A stretch of 63,814 nt of DNA, filler included, from Phoronis australis (GCA_002633005.1; 5 parts of 5 records of this genome joined end to end with filler, not necessarily neighbours in it), one strand, 5' to 3'; positions 49,100-62,499 are shown, numbered from the whole stretch's first letter. Numbers and translations: made by a program. The notes: generated from the sequence alone by a model not told the origin.

Positions 49100-49870
49100 A
49101 GATACAATGTATTTGGAAATACCTCACCCAAAATACTGAAATGCCCCAGTCCCTGGTCGCTCTAAGGTGCGAGGCAAATGGCATGCACCGCCCTAGTGAT
49201 GCCGTACGCTTCAGTGTGCTAAATATCTAAATCCGACCAGGGACTTATCACCCATCTGGGAGATCGACATCCGACCAACCGGACGCCGATATCCGACATT
49301 GCGCACCTCAACCTGGCCAATGGCGGCTACACATGAGGGAGCGCAATAATCGGTCACCTAATATTAAAATAGTTCAGTGATTTCCGTTACCAACAAGTCA
49401 TCTTCAGTGAATTTGGAGACGCTTGACAATTTATTTCAGTCGGACCGACTTTAAATTGCGATTTCGAAAATGTCGCATGTTCATATTGCCTGTGACCTGA
49501 GTTATCGGCTCATTTGCCAACAGTTCATGGTTAGATTAACATCAGTGATATTTTTAATAGATCCCAAAGCATTTCGATTCGATTGCGAAATCTCCCTTTG
49601 GTTGATTTCTTTTTCCTGTCTTCGATTGTAATAATATGATATTGAAAATCTTTATAGACATTTATCTGCTGATTTCTTCAAGTGAAATCTTTCACATAAC
49701 TGCTAAAATCTTCACTAGAAACTGCAACTCTATCGATGTTTCACAAAAGGTCTGATCTTGATTTAATTAATGTAGTTTCTGTGATCTACGATTCAATCGC
49801 TTGGCGGTGTTCACAAGCTCATTTGATTGTTTCGTGAGCCGTTGCGAGTCGTCATCGACGAACAGTCGAA
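49100..49870 (-). pseudogene. Decayed coding-like segment divergent from the 50131 gene
   Basis: Protein-like fragments DDDSQRLTKQSNELVNTAKRLNRRSQKLH, IDRVAVSSEDFSSYVKDFT*RNQQINVYKDFQYHIITIEDRKKKSTKGRFRNRIEMLWDLLK and NHELLANEPITQVTGNMNMRHFRNRNLKSVRLK, broken by stops and frameshifts. Confidence 0.35.
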
Positions 49871-50130
49871 CGAATTTTCTAGAAAGTTGTCTCCACTCGC
49901 CGTGCACACGCCCGAGGGAGGATCACGTGAACTTAGCCAATGGTAATCACAGTAATTTACGCACAATGCGACAACGTAGAACAATAGCGCTTACGTAGGC
50001 AAGACCATTTCATTCTTAGTCGCAGGCGAAACAAGTCACATTTGTTTCATTTAATATTGGTTGTTTGATTTATCCGAAGTACATGTACGATGGTGAGAGA
50101 AGTTGTGAATAACGTGATCAGAGACTTAAA

Positions 50131-53040
50131 ATGGACTCGAGCGTAAGTGAAGAATTTTTATTCTGCAACATCACGAAATTCGACAAAATTTAAACCAAAA
50201 CTCAGTGCAGCGTGTTGAGAAAAACTGAACAGAATTTTGATATTTTAATTGATAGCTTGAAAATGAAAGTAAGAATCTCACAAATTGTTGCATTTTCGTT
50301 TTAGAAGGAACAAGAAGTTGCTTAAGCTCATGGAGAAAATGAAAACGGTGTGTGAGGAAGATTTGGAAATACTGGCCGAAAGTTTGAGGGGTAATTATCT
50401 TTCCGAAATTTGAATTCCAACAGTTTTAGCCTCGTTGATGATAATGTATTTGTGGAGAGGGGTTCTATATTACGTTTCTAGGTAGCGGAATAGATGTAGA
50501 TGCCAAAATTCACCCAATTTCCAAATGTATCTGGCAACGTAAATGACATTAACAACTTTTGCAAAAACAGCCCAAGTTAGTTAATTTTCAGCGATACGTG
50601 TGCGACTGATTGGTTTTGTTGGCGTTTTATTACAGAAGTAGAATTTGAGCCGAGGTTGTTCGCCGAAGTTAGGGGATGGTATAACGAGGTGGCCAGAGTT
50701 CACGGCAAAGCCATGGCCGTAAGATCCCGGATGCTAATCGACCTTCCAGGACTCAAAAGGTATGAGATATTTTTGTGCTGCATGATTTTAGCTAATTTAT
50801 AGACACCAAGAGGTTTGTAAAGAAGTACCAGGTAAGATAGGTGGCCGTGTTTATCGTATGCAACTTTTCAACGCTTGGTGTACGTGGACTAAAACCACCA
50901 ATAGGTATCACAAAACCCTTTTCTCACGAGAATAAAAAAGGTCTACCTGAGACTTTATTCTGGTGAACACGCAAATTGAGTTTACAACAAAAGTATACCA
51001 AAATGTGAGGTTGAAGATGTTTCGTTCAAAATAGACTACCACTGGTCTAAATATATCAATAGGAAAGAAGGTTCCAGTCGAACCACATCATAAACTGTGA
51101 ATGAAGATCGAGGTGTGTTCGTAAATAACAAAGTCGAAAGATATCTTGCATTTTACCTTGTTATTCACAATCCCAAAAGACCGAACTTACTGAAAAGTAC
51201 TGGTGATGACCCCTATTACTCTTTTGAACAGGACCATACCAGACACAGCAAGAAACCAGAAGCAGCTGAAAAGTGCGGATGCAAAATTGTCTAAATTAAA
51301 ATCAGTAAGTTAACGTACGCTAAAATTTTACAATGTTAATCTTTAAATAATGAAAATTTGCATTCTAAAAATGACGGATACTCTTCAATAAGAAAACTTA
51401 AGCAAGTACATGGTTAAAATGTCTCTGCTACTACACTTAAGACCGAGCTTTTAATGGACAACGTCCACCAGGAAAAATGCGATAAAGAAGAAAAGGCCCT
51501 GACATACTACCAGCAGTTTATTTAAGGAAACATGATAAATATTTACAAAATGGAATCGTTTTAGAAAGCACGGAAGAAGCAGAGAGAGGTAGACAAGATC
51601 CGCGGTGCTTCAGGGCCGGCAAAGGTCAACAAACGAGCAATACTTGAGCACCAGTATGAAGTAATCATGATTAGAATAAACGAATGTAACAGAGAAATAG
51701 AGCTATTGGAGGAAGAGCAATCTCGTGTGAGTATCAAAATGTTTTTCTCAGCGTATGTGTAGTTTTATGTTATCTTGTTCGCTAATAATAGGCCGTTTTA
51801 GGCCAACTAAAAAGCGCTCCGGATCATCAAACTGGGTGTTTCTTAAACGAATGATCGTTACATGTTTTGAGTTGAGAGGAAAAGTTACATCTGAGGTGTT
51901 GTGGTGACGAAACAATTTAGCGGAATTGAAGTAGTTGTATTTTTGTAACCCGGACGCTAGTAAAATAACGAAAAACGTCGTTTTTAAATATGTATACTAG
52001 AGTATATCTTTACATGACGTTTTCCTTCACAGTTACTTGCCGACGCATTCGATTTGTTGTTCGGGCCAAATGCTTTGTTACCGCCAAAGAAGAGTGTCAG
52101 GTACGTTCACGAAATTTCTGCAGAATTTGTGTCCTAAGCGGCTAACTGTGAACTTGCTCAAAGCTGAACACGCCAACGTCTTAACCAAGAAATCATAGAA
52201 AAACGAAATATACCAAGATCGGTTTTGGACTATTGAACGTATTTGAATATCTCAGTATGTTCTCTAAAAGAAAAGATTACACTGTAACCCTCGGCAATCC
52301 TCAAAAGTTACACGAGCGAATTTGTAAATACCTGACGAAATCTGCTTACCCGGCAAGCGTGACCTACGCCTTAGTCAAGTTACACGACAGCTGTGAGAAA
52401 GTACACCACCCGCAAAGAATATGTGACACATAGAGAATGGCTATAGTTGAGCCCTGTTTTTATGGCTCATTTGAGACATCAATACCTAATTATCGGTGGT
52501 CAGAACAAGGGTTCTTAAAAATCACCGAATCAGGATTTTGCATACCTCTAAAATGTCTTAACAATCTTGAATAAACAAATAACTTCATAGCCCAGAACAG
52601 AAGTACACGTCCGGTAAAGTGCTGGTTGCTGCAAATTGAAATATGAACATCATAATGTGTTTCAAGGGCCGGAACGTTCATCAACTTCAATATACAATTT
52701 AACGATGGCATTTAATTTTGAAAAATAATACATGAAAAGTGAAATTTGATGGAACAATTTTCAGAACGGCGGATCTATACAACGAGTTCACCCAAATGGA
52801 TACAACAACTCCAAACGACGCCATTGGTCTCAGCGATGACACAATTACTCTTAAGCCGGACAATTATGACGAACTTGAAACGGCTTCAGCTACTGATGTT
52901 GATTACGTTGTTGAAGAGATTTTTGAAACCGTAGAAGAGGAGATTGAAGTGAGGCACGTCGAATCAATGTCAACCAGTGACACCCACAGTGATAGACAAG
53001 AATTAGTCGAGAATGACACTGGAAGTGAACCGGACCTGGT
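50131..53040 (+). pseudogene. Decayed multi-exon gene of unknown family with very short introns
   Basis: Exon-like blocks 50131-50268, 50305-50390, 50482-50538, 50636-50759, 50803-50831, 50905-~51530, 51565-51726, 52033-~53040 with GT-AG ends and mostly compatible phases; scattered stops and frameshifts (e.g. TAA 50191); acidic C-terminal part (ORF 52739-53086). Confidence 0.55.
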
Positions 53041-53505
53041 GTATATTCTGTTTCCTCCAATGATGTTTCGCTGCCGGTCCGCATGAGTTTCCTTAACAGT
53101 AAATTCACAGTGGATGAAGGACAGTAGAGTTGATATTTTTGATTCACCTTCATTTAGTTTTCAATGTTGCAATAGGGATTTGTTTTCCTGGGGTTTTATA
53201 CCAAAAGTCAGGAGGAAGGTGCCACCAAACGCGAGTGGAGATTTAAAAGTTTCGGGTTCACCGTCGTGTGGATATTTCGGATTTACTCTATTTGTTCTAT
53301 TTTCTCAGAAAGAATAGCAATTGAAATGTCCATGAGGTGTAAGGGTGCATTTGGCGGTGTTGGGAAGCCTGAGCGCTATTTGACATACGGTACGGCGTTA
53401 TTCTCATTTGTCCTTCTCCCGGTCGCGAAGGTAGGTTGCGAGAGATTTGGTATAGGTGTTGAGTGTTTGGTGGGACCTCTCTATCCATCGTGCGGGAGAC
53501 ATCCC
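53040..53505 (-). mobile_element. Possible degenerate LTR-retrotransposon (Gypsy-type) integrase C-terminal fragment
   Basis: Minus frame IERSHQTL...LATYLRDREKDK*E resembles the integrase ERxHQTL...W motif; downstream ETHADRQR resembles VHADRLK; many stops. Confidence 0.3.
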
Positions 53506-55706
53506 TATTATTGTTGTAAATATTATTTCATTGGGATCCCTACACCATATGCCCCTTTTGTAAATACTTTTGTTTGTTTGTTTGTTTATTTGTGTGTTGG
53601 TTTTAATAAATATTTATCGGTTTGAATTGTTTACATTACTTACAACTTCATAAAATTGTAAGTGTGACCTTTATAGAACAAAAACTTCAAGAAATGTTTT
53701 TACTGGTCTATAATTCCTGTGTGATAACAAATATTAATTATGGACAACACCATGAATAACACTCAGGGTAAGACGTGAACGAATGTAAGAGATAGTCGCC
53801 TGGTCCTTAGTTACGCCAAGTTCACCTACTCAGCTATCGTTTTCATCTCTTACTACGGCTAAAATCTGCAATTGATGCGACCACACCTTGGGGGAATGTA
53901 GGCCAGCGCGGTAAGGNTGACCGATGTAGTTTGACTACCTTTCCATTAGTCACAGGTTAGTCTAGTTCCTAAAACTAACTAGGTGGTATACAGACGGTAA
54001 GTTTAACAGCTAACAGAGGAGTTCAGTGAACGCAAATTCGGTATTATTGTTTACAATCAGCAAATTATGAGCACATTAATTGGGCCAGAAAAATATGACA
54101 TGGGTATAATGCTCATACATGTAAGTTTTGAAGGAGATATGGCAATAGCGGGGTTTGAGAACCAGTTTGGTTCCCGTTATTCATTGGAGAAATCTATTTA
54201 TCAAAAGGCACGACCCATGTAGGTGACTGTTAGCAGAAGAATAATGATCGTGACTTAAACCATGGCACAACCTTCTCAAAAAAAAAAACGGCTAAAATGA
54301 AAATTAAACGTAAGTGCTTAAGCTGGATGTAAATCAATGTAACAGTACGTAGATTTACACGTACAGTTGGCCTATGCACACTCAGCGAGCCCATATCACT
54401 GGCAGGAATAATCACTGCATTCTACAAGCCAAATAGCATTGCATATTTTTTAATGATTGAGTGTTCTAGAGGACCAGTTTCAAGAATTGTTTTACGTAGT
54501 CCGTTCGTGTGCAGGCGCATGAATCATAGTTTAATTATAGCCGTAGCAGGCTCATGGCCTCAATACGCGCAAATATGGTAAAATATCGACGAGGCTCCCT
54601 ATACTAGTAGGAGCCCCACTCTCCAGCCGTCTTCCTGCGAGGCCACCTATATTAATAAAGGTACCCCACTTTTGAGGCTCGAAATTCAATTTCTTGCTGA
54701 TGTCATTTCAATAAGAGTAAGTCATTTTAAGTAATAAGTTATTATACATCTTTGGAGTAACGGCAATTATTGACTTTCATGAGATGGGTATCAATTAAAA
54801 AAATTAGAAACACGGTTGCGGCAAAAGCGGTCCTTCCAAAGTTACCTTTTTACAAACTTGGGGCTTCATTTACCCACCTTTTTCTGTAGCATCCGGAAAA
54901 AGATTCAATTCGTTAGCAATCAGGTATTCTGATGCTGGACATATAGGAAGCTATAACCCGTCGCGAATCAAGAACTTCACGAAGTTGTGAAAATGGTAAA
55001 TAAGTGTGTCATCGAGATAGCCGTCACTTTTAGGAATATTGGACTTTCGGAACGAATTTGGCCATTCAGAGTATCGAAACAACCCACAACATTTTTTATT
55101 TTTCAGTGTGCGCTAAATTCTACAGCACGATCTTGAAGACGTGTTTCGAGCACGGGAACACTTACCCGGTTTTGCTTATTCATATAAGCCACAACCTTTG
55201 AACTCAAAAATATTATCCCTAGTGCTTTGCACGTTTTATAGAAAACACGAGCGCCATCAAAATGAAACTTTAAACAAAATAACTGTTTACATTTTTAAGT
55301 AGATACCAAAATGTTTAAGCTTGCGATACTCTCTCAAACTCAAGAAAAATTTTTAGAGGTGATATTACAGTAGCCTCAGGTAAATTTCGAACCTAACATT
55401 GTTTTGTAGGTTGGTAGCAAGCAACTACTAAAATAAAAAGTATACAATTAATTATAACTGCGTCTAACCTCTTAAAGACAGGATTTCAACGTTATTTCAC
55501 CATAGATATTAGTAAAAATGGCATTCGTATCAGTTTCTCGTACGGTAGTATTTGACGTTGTACCCCCGTAATCTTCCCACCACCAATCTCAGCAGTGCTA
55601 CAGTTAAATGTACAGAGGGAACGTTCTATCTCGTCTTCATTCCTATCTATCGAGTCGTTACAATGGTGTCAACATAATGCATCAACACAGACATGACAGT
55701 CCCCAG

Positions 55707-56128
55707 TGGGCGGTTGCATGAAACAATCCCAAATGACGACTCAACCAAATTCACTAAATCTTTTGCGTACTTATTTCGTTCTTTAATCAGAGATATGGTG
55801 TTTTTTAACATTTTTTGATTATTACGAGCAGCTCTTTGACTTATGACGTTTGTAATAATATCACTAAACTGATTTGATCCTTTAATTCAATCAAAACAAC
55901 TAAGGAATTTTTCCTTAAATTGGGACTGTTGCATGAAAAGATCCTTACTTATGTAGAATTCTATGTAAAGTTCCATTTCAATATGAATCGAAGCCAAAAA
56001 GTGGCTTGGTAATTATACTCAAACAGCATCAGGAAGAACAATCATTGTTTTCATAAGCCTAAAAATACGCAGTAGATTTAGGGAACCTAGTTGAATCTCA
56101 GTTTGGGACTTTTTCATGCAAGCGGGCA
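55707..56128. mobile_element. Second MITE of the same GTTGCATGAAA TIR family
   Basis: TGGGCGGTTGCATGAAACAATCCCAAAT...TTTGGGACTTTTTCATGCAAGCGGGCA; flanks CAG/CAA. Confidence 0.7.
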
Positions 56129-56207
56129 CAAGTCCCTTAGGTCCAATGTGATCAAGTATGAGCAACTGGCTATTTTAGACAGTAGCAAGTTTCAACTCAT
56201 GAAAGCA

Positions 56208-56342
56208 CAGTAACAGTAACAGTAGCAGTAGCAGTAGTAGTACCAGTAGTAGTAGTAGTAGTAGCAGTAGCGGTAGTAGTAGTATTAGTAGTAGTAGTAG
56301 TAGTAGCAGTAGCAGTAGTAGTAGTTGTAGTAGTAGTAGTAG
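56208..56342. repeat. (AGT/AGC)n microsatellite ending at a gap
   Basis: Directly visible. Confidence 0.95.
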
Positions 56343-59010
56343 NNNNNNNNNNNNNNNNNNNNNNNNNNNNNNNNNNNNNNNNNNNNTTAATTAATTAANN
56401 NNNNNNNNNNNNNNNNNNNNNNNNNNNNNNNNNNNNNNNNNNGCAGATATATTTTGAGAACTGGCAACTGGTCAATTATGGCTGCTTTCACCGGGTCATT
56501 AGAATGGCTGGTAAAGGGCATACAAAACACGCACCAATTTTATGTGGAACGGGCCCCTATATCTTAGAAGAACACACTGATTTAACTGAGTGATTTGAAC
56601 TAGGTTTCGTTGAAAGTGGTTTGTATGAAACAAAAACGGCCAACGTCGAAGTCACCGATGTTTAACATGCACTTGCAAATTCCTAAGTTTCTTTCATTTT
56701 TTGGCAAATTTTTTAAATGCTTCACTCAGACTGTTCGCGTGGCGGATCACGTCCTATATGTATGTACTTGCACGTTAGGTTGCATGTTTTCCTTAGTAAA
56801 AGAAACAGTTTTAAATGTAACGATTTTTTACGTGAAAAGAGATAACAAAGATGAAAACAACGTTAACTGTGCATTGAACTTATAACATCACCTGAAAATA
56901 GTTAAATCACAACAATATTTGATATTGCAGTTACCGAGGGATCGGCGCCTGAGTTGCAGACGATGTAATATCTAGCAATTCAAAACTAAGACAGAACTGT
57001 CATGTAATTAACAGACCTAGTGTTCCAGATGTTACGATTGGGACCTCTTGCATGTTGAGTGTTATTTACACTGCTGCAATTGTATTACTTTAAACTATTT
57101 TCGGAAAGTGTAATGGTCGAAGCGGCTAACACGTCGAGTCGACATTGGCCTTTCTTTTGAACTTTCCATGTCAGAGGTCACTGTTGAAGTAGTGCGGGAG
57201 GTGAATACGGAAAACATTATTACATGGCCATATAGCACTCGACTGATTCAACGCGTATGGGATAATATACCAAATCCCCTTATCTTCCTACAACCACAAT
57301 GGCGCCTCGTGAGACATGTGGCTTCACGTCCATTAATAGCAGAATGTCCAATCTTTGTCAGTATCTATATGTGCTTTGGACTAACGAATGTTGATAAAAT
57401 AACAATTTTAATTGGAATTTTATCTTATTTTTTTGACATATCTATAAATTCGAGCTTGCGCATTTGACAGAAGTTCATTCTAACAGTCAATTCCGAAGCC
57501 GTTAAGTGCGAGACAAATACCTTGGCAACTCATGAAATATGACTTCGGTTTCGTAAATAAGCTATCCTACAGTCGTCTCAGGTTTATGACATTGGCAAAA
57601 CCTCTTAGAAATTTCGTCAAAATCCCGAGACTTAGGTTTTGTGTTCTCGAATGAACCACAAGATCAATTTTTTTTTGCTGAAAATACTCGACGTGCCTAA
57701 AACTTTCAACCACATGACGCAACTTTTGTAAAAACACGCTTACGCAATGTAAAGTAATTCAGCTACTTTTTGCTAATAGTTTTATTAAGCTTTCGTGGCA
57801 AATAATCAAGTTAGAATATAATAAATAGTTTTTGAAGTTGTGATATTAAAAATTAAAAAATGTTCATAAATAACAGTCAGCGTGAGCACTGAATTGACCT
57901 TGAGACAGCACAGCTACACTGTTTCGCCGAGTTTCGTTAGTTGGAGCTCGTCTCTGTTTGAATGAGCGTTGTTGATACGGAAATCGCCACCGAAAATGGG
58001 CCCGTTTAAGAAGTTGTTTGCAGGTCCTTCCAACTGGGAGTACGTACACTTGCGACACCCGATTTGTCAATCATAACCTTGCCACCTCCTCGGAATTCCA
58101 GCATTGTTTGGTTGGAGCGCGTTTGGTTGTTTTAGTGTTTTGTAAACGATAAAATGTAAGGCGTGCGGATTTCTACATGTACTTTGCACTACTTTGTGAT
58201 TCACACATGTAATATCAAAAATGTGTACTCGGTGTTATTAAACAGTCGTGTCGTAACAATTTACAGGTCCTGTGAGAAAATGTAACAATGGTACATTTCT
58301 CGTAGGTGCATTCGACGTAAATTGTAACAATTACACAAATGTAACAACATGTTGCATTTTAGGAGAGCCCTAGCAACGTAAAATGTAACAGTGACGTAAA
58401 ATGTCACAGTTACTAAATTTTACGAAATTGTTACATTTTACGGCGTATCACGCCTACATATTTGATAGCCGTTCCGAAAGGCTGTGCCACTTAAAATGGA
58501 CTTAACGAATGTATCTTCCTTCGAAAAAACGGCATTCAGACTTTGTATTTCTTAGTTTTATATATTCATTCAGTTCACGCAAATATAAAAGTACAAAATA
58601 ATAGGAAACGCGCGAATAGCACAAAAAGTCAAAGAAATCTTTCCATATTTTTCCAAAACTGATCAAACAAAAATTAATGAGAACATTAACATTTAAAAAC
58701 AAGAATAGATTATGTACAAATAAACATATAAATAAATAGAAATTATGATAAAGAAAGATGAAAGTAACAACAGCAGACAACACAAGCTTCTTTTTTGAAT
58801 AGTATATAACTACCTAAGAGAGTTGAAATTTGAATACATTGCGTTAATGAGATATTGTCGGGTTTTATTGCAACAAGAGCAAAGTTTGCATGGTCGGTTC
58901 CAGATTATGCAAATTAGTACTGTTCGGTTGTTCACATGGTCTTGAACACAGCTCTTTTCATGCAGATAAGCTCTAGGCTGAAAGTTTGTTCAACAAGCAA
59001 CTCAGTTCTG

Positions 59011-59173
59011 GCGTGCGTTCAGTAGACGCTAGGACCTACGCTGGGACCTACGCTAGGACCTAGCTAAAACCTAGTCAAAGTCACGTGTTCTTATTTAAAT
59101 TACACGACAATATCTCACGTAATCTCGCGAAGTCTTGCTTTTTAGCGAGGTCCTAGTGTTACTGAACGGGAGG
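59011..59173. mobile_element. Small Harbinger-type MITE
   Basis: CGTTCAGTAGACGCTAGGACCT versus AGGTCCTAGTGTTACTGAACG inverted; CTG on both flanks; internal ACGCTAGGACCT repeats. Confidence 0.65.
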
Positions 59174-59348
59174 CTGGCTGTCTTCTTTTGAACTATGGCA
59201 TAATCGGATACCGTGTTGCCGTGTTCGTGTACTGGGGTGGAAAGATGATTAATTTATTTTTGTTTTTGTTTTGTGGAGTTCGTGTGCGTATGAATGCGTT
59301 GTTTGGAATCGGATATGGTCGCTGGCACGCAATGTTTGATAATAGAAT

Positions 59349-61810
59349 ATTGATGACCTTAAGATAGTCTCGATGAATTGCAGGGGTCTACAAGATTGTG
59401 CGAAACGCAGGGACCTTTTTAATTATTTGAGAAACAAGAATTTATTTATTGTCTACAAGACACTCACTTCACGCATACCGATGAGGTAGTCGTTCGGGCA
59501 ATGTGGGGTGATGAGTCATACTTGAGCTGTGATTCTTCTAATCCCAGAGGAGTCTGCGTCCTTTTTAATAACAACTTTGAATATGAAATTAAATCAACCA
59601 GCCACGATGCAGATGGCAATTTTCTATTGGTGAACTTCACAATTGAGAAGAAAATACAAATATCTCTGATTAACATACATGAGCCAAATCGTGATACCCC
59701 AAGTTCTTACAAAACAATTGGTGATATTCTATCAGAGACAAATACGGATCATACAATAATATGTTGAGATTGGAACTTGGTTCAGAACTTTGACATTGAC
59801 TGTTTACATTGCGTGCGCTTTCACAATCCACAGGCCAAAAACGAAATGATTAATCTATCTTTTAGATTCAATTTAGTAGATCCCTGTGTCCCGTTGCATG
59901 AAACTGTCCCAAATAGGGTCTCAACTAATTTCCCTTAACCTACTGCGTAATTTTGAACTTGTGCAAACACCGATTGTCCTTTCTTATGCTGTTTTAGTTT
60001 CATTACTAAGTCAATTTTTGGTTTTGTTACAAATTGAGAGTGAACTTGACGGTGAATTCTTATATTATCGAAAATAAAAGGATCTTCTCATGCAACGCCC
60101 CTAACTTAAGGACTAAGTTCCTATTTATTTTCATTGAATTCAGGGCTCAGTTTTTAGTTATTTTATTAGAAAATTTCATTAGTCAAAGAAGAGTTCATAA
60201 TAACGATGAAATTATAGAAAAAGATTACTTCTGTGGGTAAACAAAGATTTAGGGAACTTAGTTGAGTCCTTATTTGGGACTGTTTCATGCAACCAGGCAC
60301 TGGCGACTTCATCATCCTCCTAAAATTTACCGCCCTTGGAATCCACTTTCATATTAGTTTAAGACAAATGTTATCTAATAACTATGATGACAAAATTCGT
60401 GAAAGCAGGTCAACGTTAACAAAGTGGTCCAAAAGGTCGGTAACACCTTTTGGCAAAATAACTGTTATTAAATACTTTGTCCTGCCAAAATTGGTCCATC
60501 TCTTGACAACATTGCCCTCTCCGTTAGACGACACAATTGAATTTCTAGATAAACTATTTTACAGTTTCATCCGGGACAATAAACATGGCAAACGTAAGAG
60601 AACTACCTTGATTCAAGAGTTTTCGTTGGGAGGGTGCATAATGGTTCATTTGAAGTCATTCATCAAACCCCTTGAAATTTCGTTGTTCAGAAGATTAATA
60701 TTTGGTGATGAGAGGGTCTTGAAGAAAAATTTAATTTTTACGAAAGTATTACTTTCACGTAACGTGTTTCATTTTTGTGAGGTCTATTATCGTTCTCTCG
60801 CTTCTTCGGTTAAGAATGAGTTTTGGGAAGTTTTTCTGAATGTTGGAGAATTGGTTGGCATTTTCACGGTTAGCACGACAATGACTCTCCCTACGAGCCA
60901 ATCTGGTTTCATCCCAAAATCTCAGTTGACAAGAAATACATATTTTATGAAGGTTGGTATGCCAAGGGCATTGTATATTTTTACGATTTGTTAGATTCTT
61001 ATGATAGTTTGTTGTTTTACGAAGACTTTTGTAGTTATTGTGGATTTTCTCCACCATTCGCTGTATTCATGAGCGTGTGATGTATTGTTTGTACGTTACT
61101 TAAACATGGGAATTCGTCCAAAATCATTCTTCCTCACCGCCCAGAGTTTATTACCATTTTACTTAACGTATGTAAAAACGAGAGCAGTGTGTATAATAAT
61201 TTTGTTTCTTGCTTATACAAAAAAAAAACAAAATTTCAAAGTAAATGGGAAAACTGTCTTAATAGATAACTTTCATGTGAATGGTGGAGAGTTGTCTATA
61301 GATTAAATTCTTCGTTCACTAAAGACATGAATCTCAAATGGCTCCAAATACGACTTACTCACAAAATTCCTAGAACAAATTGTTTCTTGTTTAAAATAGG
61401 TATACATGTAGTTAACTCACCACACTGTACACTGTATGGAAAAGACCTCGAGAATCTTTGCCATGTATTTTGGGAGTGTCAAGTAAGATGTCTATGGTCA
61501 AGTTATTCAGAATTTTGGGAAAGTTAAGTACAATTAATTTGCAGCCAAAAGAGGAATAATTGTTATTAGCTTGAGTTTGGCAGGCATTACCTTAGGGAAA
61601 GTGGGGGCCAAACATGTGACCAATCTCCTTATTTGCTTTGTAAAACGTCACACATGTATATTTGGCGCTAGGTTAAAGTCCAGACCTCCCTGCTTGTAAT
61701 GCATGAAAATGAAATTTTTGTATATCATGACGAACAAAAGCTAATTTACTATAAGAGCTATGAATTATGAGCACTTTAGAAAATGATGAATCCCTGTAGA
61801 AGGAATTTTT
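59349..61810 (+). mobile_element. Degenerate L1/Tx1-type LINE ORF2 (APE endonuclease, post-RT region, zf-RVT), RT core deleted
   Basis: LKIVSMNCRGL, CLQDTH, RGVCVLF, DGNFLLV, II.*DWN, LVDPWR..HP (APE); FTALGIHF, KWSKRSVTPFGKITVIKYFVLPKLVHL, CTL...ENLCHVFWEC (C-terminal); frameshifts and stops. Confidence 0.88.
59887..60299. mobile_element. PIF/Harbinger-type MITE nested in the LINE
   Basis: ~50 bp imperfect TIRs (TGTCCCGTTGCATGAAACTGTCCCAAATA... / ...TATTTGGGACTGTTTCATGCAACCAGGCA); CTG TSD at 59884-86 and 60300-02. Confidence 0.85.
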
Positions 61811-62499
61811 GTCTAACAATCTAATACAGCGTAATTACACTTGTGACTATAGTCGATTCCGGTGTGAATGAGGTGTGAATGGTATTAAAATACGCTTCTG
61901 TATTTACATCCCGGCTGCAGGGGGTAATATTTATAGCATGCATCACATTGTTTTTCTGCAATTTACGGTTGCGAATATAATGAACTTATTAAAACGAGAG
62001 CGCTCGGAGGAGCGACACTTGGCGAAATTACGCGAAAACAGGATGATGGGGACGACGACGACGGCGATCATGACGATGAAGGCGGAGATTATGAACAACA
62101 CGATAACATTCATACGACGAACTTAGATGCCATAAATTAGAAAGAAATAAGCAACAGTCTTGTTCAAATAAACTAAACTAACATCAATNNNNNNNNNNNN
62201 NNNNNNNNNNNNNNNNNNNNNNNNNNNNNNNNTTAATTAATTAANNNNNNNNNNNNNNNNNNNNNNNNNNNNNNNNNNNNNNNNNNNNCAGACTAGTCGT
62301 CATCACAGTGCATTAGATTGGCAAGTGACGATACACAGCGCAACTCTGGGGACAACTGAAAATAGGCCTATAAATCTAACCCAACTCTTAAAATTCCGGT
62401 CCTTGATTACAGCAGGGAAAGTGGAACCATTATACATGTGTCCTAGGCGAATTACAAAAACCCGGATTCATACATTCAATCAACAGACAAAATACTTAC

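Noticed and set aside
62289-62356. Next protease exon after a tttcag acceptor
   Set aside because: All three frames hit stops before the gap and show no protease motif
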